Below, piece by piece: positions 58,644-64,000 of a DNA stretch of 64,000 nucleotides. The position numbers were made by a program, and so were the translations under genes. The notes beneath the pieces are model-generated. The model was not told where the DNA came from. It did not search any database and was given only the letters and a program-made list of their open reading frames with translations. Origin of the DNA: Candidatus Eiseniibacteriota bacterium (GTDB lineage: Bacteria; Eisenbacteria; RBG-16-71-46); the NCBI GenBank assembly GCA_963717935.1, contig CAVQXP010000004.1, forward strand, positions 1,440,001 through 1,504,000, read 5' to 3'. Each line of letters begins with the position of its first letter. Positions within the stretch are counted from its first letter, which is position 1.

Positions 58644-60023
58644 ATGAAATCCTCTCTGCGTGCAGTCCCGTTGCTGGTGCTGGCCTGCGCGCTCGCGGCC
58701 TCGTCCGCGAGCCCGGCCCGCGCAGCCGCCGGCTCGAAGCCGGCCCGGAACGCCGCCGCTGGACCGCGGATGGTGCTGCCCTTCGTCCAGGACGACTACA
58801 CGCGGGCGCTCGCCGAGGCGCGTGCCCGCAAGGTGCCGCTCTTCATCGAAGCCTGGGCGCCCTGGTGACACACCTGCCGGTCGATGAGGGCCTTCGTCTT
58901 CACCGATAGGTCCCTCACGCGGCACGCCGGGCGGTTCGTCTGGCTCGAGATCGACATCGAGAAGAAGCAGAACGCGGCCCTGCGCAAGCAGCTCGGGGTC
59001 GTGGCACTGCCCACCTACTTCGTCATGGACCCGGCCAGCGAGCGGGTGGCGCTGCGCTGGGTGGGTGGCTTCACCGTCGCGCAGCTGGACCGGCTCCTCG
59101 AGGACGGTGTCGCGGCGGTCCGCGACCGGGCGACGACGAGCGGCCCGGGGGCGGCGCTCGCGCGGGCCGACCGTGCCTACGGTGAAGGTGAGGACAGCCT
59201 GGCGGTCCTCGCGTACCGCGAGGCGCTGGCCCAGGCCCCGCCGGGCTGGCCGCAGTACTCCCGGGTGGTCGAGGCGCTGCTCTTCGCGCTCGATCGCACC
59301 GGGGACTACGCGGCGGAGGCGGAACTCGCTCGCGAGGCCTACCCGCGGCTCAGGGGAACGGCATCGGGCGCGACGGTGGCGGGGAGCGGGCTGGGTGCGG
59401 CGCTCTCGTTGCCCGACTCCGCGCCGGAGCGCGGAGTCCTCGTCGGCGCGTTCGAGGCCGGGGTCCGCGAGGTGCTCGCGGACACGGCGCTGGGCATCGC
59501 GGCCGACGACCGGTCGGGCCTCTACATCGCCCTGCTCGATGCCCGCCAGAACGCGAAGGACGAGGAGGGGGCGAAGCGCGTCGCGACGGAGTGGTCCGCG
59601 TTCCTCGACGGCGCGGCCGCCCGCGCGAAGACCCCCGAGCAGCGCACGGTGTTCGATTCGCACCGGCTCTCGGCCTATCGCGAGCTGGGCCAGACCGAGC
59701 GCGCGATCCCGATGCTGGAGGCCTCCGAGCGGGATCTGCCCGGGGACTACAATCCGCCGGCTCGGCTCGCCGCGGCCTACCTGTGGATGAAGCGCTGGGA
59801 CGAGGCTCTGGCCCCTTCGGACCGGGCGCTGGCGAAGGCCTACGGGCCGCGCAAGCTCGGCATCTACTCGACCCGTGCGGACATCTTGAGCGGCAAGGGA
59901 GACCGGGAGTCGGCGCGCAAGACGCTCGAGGAGGCGATCGCCTACGCGAGCGCTCTTCCGCCCGGGCAGCGCTCGGAGAGCGCGATCGCGGGGCTCAAGA
60001 AGAAGCTCGAAGCGCTGAAGTAG
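58644..60023 (+). CDS. Exported thioredoxin-fold/TPR protein, probable selenoprotein (UxxC; TGA at 58866-58868; 459 aa)
   Basis: Signal peptide; FIEAWAPW-TGA-HTCRSM continues in frame into ORF 58884-60023; cis-Pro loop ALPTY; SECIS-like hairpin follows. Confidence 0.85.
58873..58910 (+). promoter_or_regulatory. Putative bacterial SECIS element
   Basis: CCUG/UAGG, CGGU/ACCG and GAUGAG/UUCGUC stems; apical loop GGCC begins 20 nt after the UGA. Confidence 0.65.
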
Positions 60024-60080
60024 CCGTCGTTCGCATCGCAAGGACGCTCTGCGGCCGCCCCTCGACGGGCGGCCGCAGCG

Positions 60081-60998
60081 TCAGGTGGCGGGGTCGGCCG
60101 ACGGTGGTGGCGCGCTCAGCGCGGCGACGGCGATGCCCGCCAGGATGAGCACCGCGCCGCCGAGCTCGAGTGGGGTGGGGACCTCGTGGAGCAGGCCCCA
60201 GGCGAGGGCGCTCGAGCCCACGGGCTCGCCCAGGAGCGCGATGGCCACGAACGACGCGGGCAGGTAGCGCAGCGCCCAGTTGAAGCTCGAGTGCCCGAGC
60301 AACTGGGGCACGAGCGCGAGCAGCGTGAGCCATAGGTAGGTGGCGGGCGCCAGGCCGAACAGGCTTCGCCCCGTGGCCGTCAGCGCGACCACGAGCACCA
60401 CCGCGGCCATGCCGTAGACCACGAAGACGTAGGGCACGAGCGCGAGCCCCGCGCGCAGGCGGCGCCCCACCATGAGGTAGCCGGCCATCATCCAGGCACC
60501 CGAGAGCGCCATCAGGTCGCCCAGCAGTGCCCGCCCCGCCGGGCCCGCGACCGCGCGCGTCCCGCCGGCGTCGCCGAGTCCCACGATGACGCCGCCTGCC
60601 AGCGCCAGCGCGATGCCGAGCGCGAGCCGGCGCGTGAGCGGCTCGCGCAACACGAGAGGCGAGAGCAGTCCCACCCAGAGCGGCGTGGTCGTCACCAGCA
60701 CCACGGATCTCGCCACCGTGGTGCGCTCGAGCGAGGCGATCCAAAGCGCGAAGTGGGCCGCGAGGAAGATGCCCGCCAGCGCCGCGAGCCGCAGGTCCCG
60801 TGCGGTCAGCCGGGCCAGCGTCCCGCCGTGGCGCGCGAGCGCGAACGGGGCGAGCGCCAGGGTCGCGAACACGAGGCGCCCGGCGGCGATGGTGAGGGAG
60901 GAGGTGGCGGGCTGGGCGTAGCGGATGAGGATCGAGGCCGTCGAGACGGCGACGATCCCCCCCAGGAGGACCAGCAGTTGCACCGGCCGGGCGCGCAC
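60081..60998 (-). CDS. DMT/EamA family transporter
   Basis: About 10 TM; AVSTASILIR, HFALWIASL, GDLMAL, PQLLGHSSFNWAL, GEPVG. Confidence 0.9.
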   Translation of the reverse strand: MRARPVQLLVLLGGIVAVSTASILIRYAQPATSSLTIAAGRLVFATLALAPFALARHGGTLARLTARDLRLAALAGIFLAAHFALWIASLERTTVARSVVLVTTTPLWVGLLSPLVLREPLTRRLALGIALALAGGVIVGLGDAGGTRAVAGPAGRALLGDLMALSGAWMMAGYLMVGRRLRAGLALVPYVFVVYGMAAVVLVVALTATGRSLFGLAPATYLWLTLLALVPQLLGHSSFNWALRYLPASFVAIALLGEPVGSSALAWGLLHEVPTPLELGGAVLILAGIAVAALSAPPPSADPAT

Positions 60999-61098
60999 GG
61001 GCTGATTATCCGTGATTTCCCGCGGGTGCGCGACCGGATGTAGGATGCCCTGCCTTCCGCCGACCCTGGCGCGAGCGCGAAACAAAGGACGGTCCCGG

Positions 61099-61743
61099 AT
61101 GAAGCGAGCCCTCGTACTCGTCGTCTTCCTCGGCGTGACCGCGTCGTGGCTCGCCGGCTGCAGCAGCCCGAAGAAGAACGGTGGGGGCCAGGCGGCGGTG
61201 CCCTCGGACATCGCCAGCGCGCACGGCGACGCGGGATCGGGCGGAGGCGTGCCCCCCGAGAGCGCGCCGCCGTCGAGCGGCTCGCCGACCGTGGCCGCGG
61301 GGCTCACCTGGACGCTGCCCGCGGGCTGGACCGTCGAGACGCCGCGCTCCATGCGGGTCGCGACGTACTCCATCCCCGCTGCGTCAGGCGACGCCGAGGG
61401 GGCCGAGTGCGCCGTGTACTACTTCGGCGCCGGCCAGGGCGGTGGCGTGGACGTCAACCTCGAGCGCTGGATCGGGCAGTTCCAGCCCGCGACCCGGTCG
61501 AAGCGTTCGACCAGGAGGGTGAGCGGCGTCCAGGTGAGCCTGGCAGACGTGTCGGGCTCCTACACGGCGCATGGTGGCTCGATGACCCGGCCGCGGGGCG
61601 GCACACCCGGCTGGCGTCTGCTCGGCGCCATCGCCGAGGGCCCGCAGGGTGCGGTCTTCTTCAAGCTCGTGGGCCCGGCGAGGACCGTCGCCGCTGCGAG
61701 CGAGGACTTCGACACCCTGGTCGGCTCGCTGAAGCAGGAGTAG
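61099..61743 (+). CDS. Lipoprotein of unknown function
   Basis: MKR plus hydrophobic core plus LAGC lipobox; low-complexity linker; NLERWIGQF, FFKLVGP. Confidence 0.75.
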   Translation: MKRALVLVVFLGVTASWLAGCSSPKKNGGGQAAVPSDIASAHGDAGSGGGVPPESAPPSSGSPTVAAGLTWTLPAGWTVETPRSMRVATYSIPAASGDAEGAECAVYYFGAGQGGGVDVNLERWIGQFQPATRSKRSTRRVSGVQVSLADVSGSYTAHGGSMTRPRGGTPGWRLLGAIAEGPQGAVFFKLVGPARTVAAASEDFDTLVGSLKQE

Positions 61744-61768
61744 GGGGCGGGCCTCCGGGCCGAACCCC

Positions 61769-61975
61769 TCAGCCGATCACGGCCTCCGCCTCGATCTCCA
61801 CCTTCCAGCGGGGATCGAGGAGCCTGGCCACGACCACCATGGTGGCCGCCGGGCGCACGTCACCGAACACCTCGCCGTGCGCCCGGCCGATCGCCTCCCA
61901 GTCCGCCGCGTTCGTCATGTACATGCGCGTCCGCACGACGTGCCGCGGCCCGGCGCCGGCGGTGGGACGTTCGAG
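61769..61975 (-). pseudogene. RidA family fragment (C-terminal half only)
   Basis: HVVRTRMY...FGDVRPAATMV...KVEIEAEA; no N-terminal half or start codon before the upstream gene's stop. Confidence 0.7.
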
Positions 61976-61977
61976 GG

Positions 61978-63243
61978 CTACGGCGTCTTCGGGATCGCTG
62001 ACGTGAGCACCTCGGGATCGCCGCTCGTGACCAGCACGTCGTCCTCGATGCGGATGCCGCCGAAACCGAGCAGCGTGTCCACCTTCGCCCAGTTCACGGC
62101 GTCGCGGTAGCGCGAACGGCGCTCCGGATCCTTCAGCAGCGCCGGGATGAAGTAGATCCCCGGCTCGACCGTGATGACGTGGCCGGGCTGGAGCGGGAAG
62201 TCGCAGCGCAGGAAGGCGAGCCCGAAACGGGTGCTGCGCTTGCGCCCGGGCAGGTAGCCACTCGCATCGCGCACCCCGAGCCCCACCAGGTGGCCGAGCC
62301 CGTGCGGGAAGAACAGTGCGTGCGCGTCCTGCTCGACCAGGGAGTCCGGCGAGCCGCGCAGGATGCCGAGCCCGACCAGGCCCTCGGCCAGGTCGCGCGC
62401 GACCGCGAGGTGGACATCGCGCCACTCCGTGCCTGGCCGGCAGCGCCCGATGCCGCGTACCTGCCCGTTCAGCACGACCCCGTAGAGCTCGCGGAAGAAC
62501 CCGCCCTGCGTGCCAGCCTGGTAGGTGCGCGTGACGTCGCTGGCGTAGCGGCCGATCTCGGCGCCGGCGTCGATCAGCACGTTGTCGCCCTCGCGCACCA
62601 CGCGGACGCCGGGCGTGAAGTGCAGCACGCCGGAGTTCGAGCCCGCGCCGACGATGGTGCCGAAGGCGGTGCGCTCGCCGCCGTTCCGGAAGAACTCCGC
62701 CTCGAGCTCGACCTGCAGATCGCGCTCGGTCACGCCCGGGCGGATCAGTTGCCGCACCGCCGCGAAGCCCGCGGCAGTCGCGGCCGTGGCGCGGCGCATG
62801 CGCTCCAGCTCCACCTCGTCCTTGGGCCGGATCGCCTGCTGCAGCTCTTCGCGCGCCCTGGCGGTAACCGCCGCGTCCGCCGCCACGTCAGGAAGCGCCA
62901 CACCCAGCATGGCGATACGGCGCCCGCGGCGCGCCTCCAGCCAGGCCGGGAAGCGCGACAGGGGCGTGCCCTCGGCGTCCGTGCGGCCCTCCCAGACGCG
63001 CTCGTCCTCGGTCACGTCCGGCACGAAATCGGTCCAGCCCTCCTTCGGGTCGAAGGCCACGACGCCGCCCTCGCATTCACGGTCCGCGAGGTAGACGTAC
63101 TCGGAGTGCGAGAGGAAGGGGTAGGTCTGGTCCTGCCCGCCCGGGATGGAGACCGGGTGTCCGGCGCCGACCAGGACGACTTCGTCGGACAGTCCCCAGG
63201 CGGCGGCGACGCGGGCGCGGCGGCGTTCGAGGTAGGTGGTCAT
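61978..63243 (-). CDS. Xaa-Pro aminopeptidase (M24B)
   Basis: LH, IDAG...YASDVTRT, HGLGHLVGL, TVEPGIY, GGIRIEDD. Confidence 0.9.
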   Translation of the reverse strand: MTTYLERRRARVAAAWGLSDEVVLVGAGHPVSIPGGQDQTYPFLSHSEYVYLADRECEGGVVAFDPKEGWTDFVPDVTEDERVWEGRTDAEGTPLSRFPAWLEARRGRRIAMLGVALPDVAADAAVTARAREELQQAIRPKDEVELERMRRATAATAAGFAAVRQLIRPGVTERDLQVELEAEFFRNGGERTAFGTIVGAGSNSGVLHFTPGVRVVREGDNVLIDAGAEIGRYASDVTRTYQAGTQGGFFRELYGVVLNGQVRGIGRCRPGTEWRDVHLAVARDLAEGLVGLGILRGSPDSLVEQDAHALFFPHGLGHLVGLGVRDASGYLPGRKRSTRFGLAFLRCDFPLQPGHVITVEPGIYFIPALLKDPERRSRYRDAVNWAKVDTLLGFGGIRIEDDVLVTSGDPEVLTSAIPKTP

Positions 63244-63500
63244 CCACGGCACTCCATCGGGATCGGGGTGAGAGGGAAGGAGCGCGCGTGTCCCGTCCCC
63301 GCGCGCCGGTCCGGTCATGGTCGGGGCTGTTGCGGTGCTCAGGCCTCCAGGGCTCCGTGGGCCCGGTCGTGTTCCTTTCGGGGTCGCGGGCACGAACCCG
63401 GGCCGGCGCGACCCGCTGCCTTCTTCCGGGTGCGGCGAGAGCGTAATCCCGGCAAGGCCGGTGCGCCAGCGCCCCGCCCGCGCGCATGCCGGTCACGCGC

Positions 63501-63529
63501 TGGAACGGACCCGGGGACGGGCGTAGGCT
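63501..63529 (+). promoter_or_regulatory. Putative promoter of the decarboxylase
   Basis: TGGAAC-17 nt-TAGGCT. Confidence 0.35.
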
Positions 63530-63551
63530 GCGCCGCGAAAGGAGACCGGTC

Positions 63552-64000
63552 ATGGGTATCCGTGAAGACGGCGCCGCCACGCTGGAATGGGTCGCGCGCT
63601 ACCTCGAGCGCGTCGGGGATCTGCCGGTGCTGGCGCAGGTCGAGCCGGGCGAGATCCGCTCACGCCTGCCCGCCGCCCCGCCCGAGCAGGGCGAGCCGTT
63701 CGCGGCCGTGCTGCGCGACCTCGACGAGGTCCTGCTGCCCGGCGTGACGCACTGGCAGCACCCGCGCTACTTCGCCTATTTCGCGAACACGGCCTCCGAT
63801 CCCGGCATCCTCGCGGAGCTGCTCGCGGCGGCGCTCAACTCGGTGGGCTTCCTGTGGCGCACCGGGCCGGCGCTCACGGAGCTGGAGCTGGTGGTGCTCG
63901 ACTGGCTCGCCCAGCTCCTCGGGCTGCCCTCCGGATGGCACGGCCACATCGAGGACACGGCCTCGACCTCCACCTTCGCCGCGCTCGTCGCGGCGCGCGA
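63552..64000 (+). CDS. Group II PLP decarboxylase (aromatic-L-amino-acid decarboxylase-like), 3' partial; absent from the ORF track
   Basis: AAAGGAG SD; VEPGEI, LPG.THWQHPRYFAYF, PALTELE, DWLAQLLGLP, DTASTS. Confidence 0.9.
   Translation, partial: MGIREDGAATLEWVARYLERVGDLPVLAQVEPGEIRSRLPAAPPEQGEPFAAVLRDLDEVLLPGVTHWQHPRYFAYFANTASDPGILAELLAAALNSVGFLWRTGPALTELELVVLDWLAQLLGLPSGWHGHIEDTASTSTFAALVAAR

Noticed and set aside
58866..58868. TGA read as Trp/Gly (genetic code 4 or 25)
   Set aside because: TGA is an ordinary stop in many genes here, including ATGA/GTGA overlaps, and the position demands Cys or Sec
61769..62425. 218-aa RidA ORF or a peptidase-RidA fusion
   Set aside because: The upstream part overlaps the peptidase in another frame and has no RidA similarity
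1..64000. CRISPR arrays, transposases, prophage or defence systems
   Set aside because: No regularly spaced direct repeats and no cas, integrase, transposase or phage motifs recognised

Overview
GC-rich bacterial chromosomal segment with about 50 densely packed genes and one intact tRNA-Gly(GCC). I found no CRISPR array, integrase, transposase or rRNA. Content is dominated by peptide/amino-acid uptake and catabolism (a sortilin/VPS10-like secreted protein, two POT-like MFS, an MFSD1-like MFS, two OPTs, PepD, an M16 pair, an Xaa-Pro peptidase, PLP enzymes) and acetate metabolism (hbd-ackA, a Pat-type acetyltransferase, AcsA). The most notable items are: (1) an exported thioredoxin-TPR protein split by the ORF track at an in-frame TGA that sits in a WAPW-U-HTC (UxxC) motif and is followed by a SECIS-like hairpin, i.e. 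a probable selenoprotein, divergent from a secreted TPR protein with a PPEP-1/lethal-factor-like zinc protease domain; (2) a compact acpS-acsA-ACP-kbl operon suggesting an acyl-carrier-dependent glycine acetylation pathway; (3) a signal-peptide-bearing NADAR-like protein; (4) a repeated structured intergenic element; (5) an orphan 5' half of tRNA-Arg(CCT); (6) several apparently leaderless genes. Six single-base indels in three otherwise intact genes suggest consensus errors in the assembly. All family calls come from motif recognition by eye; no database searches were run.
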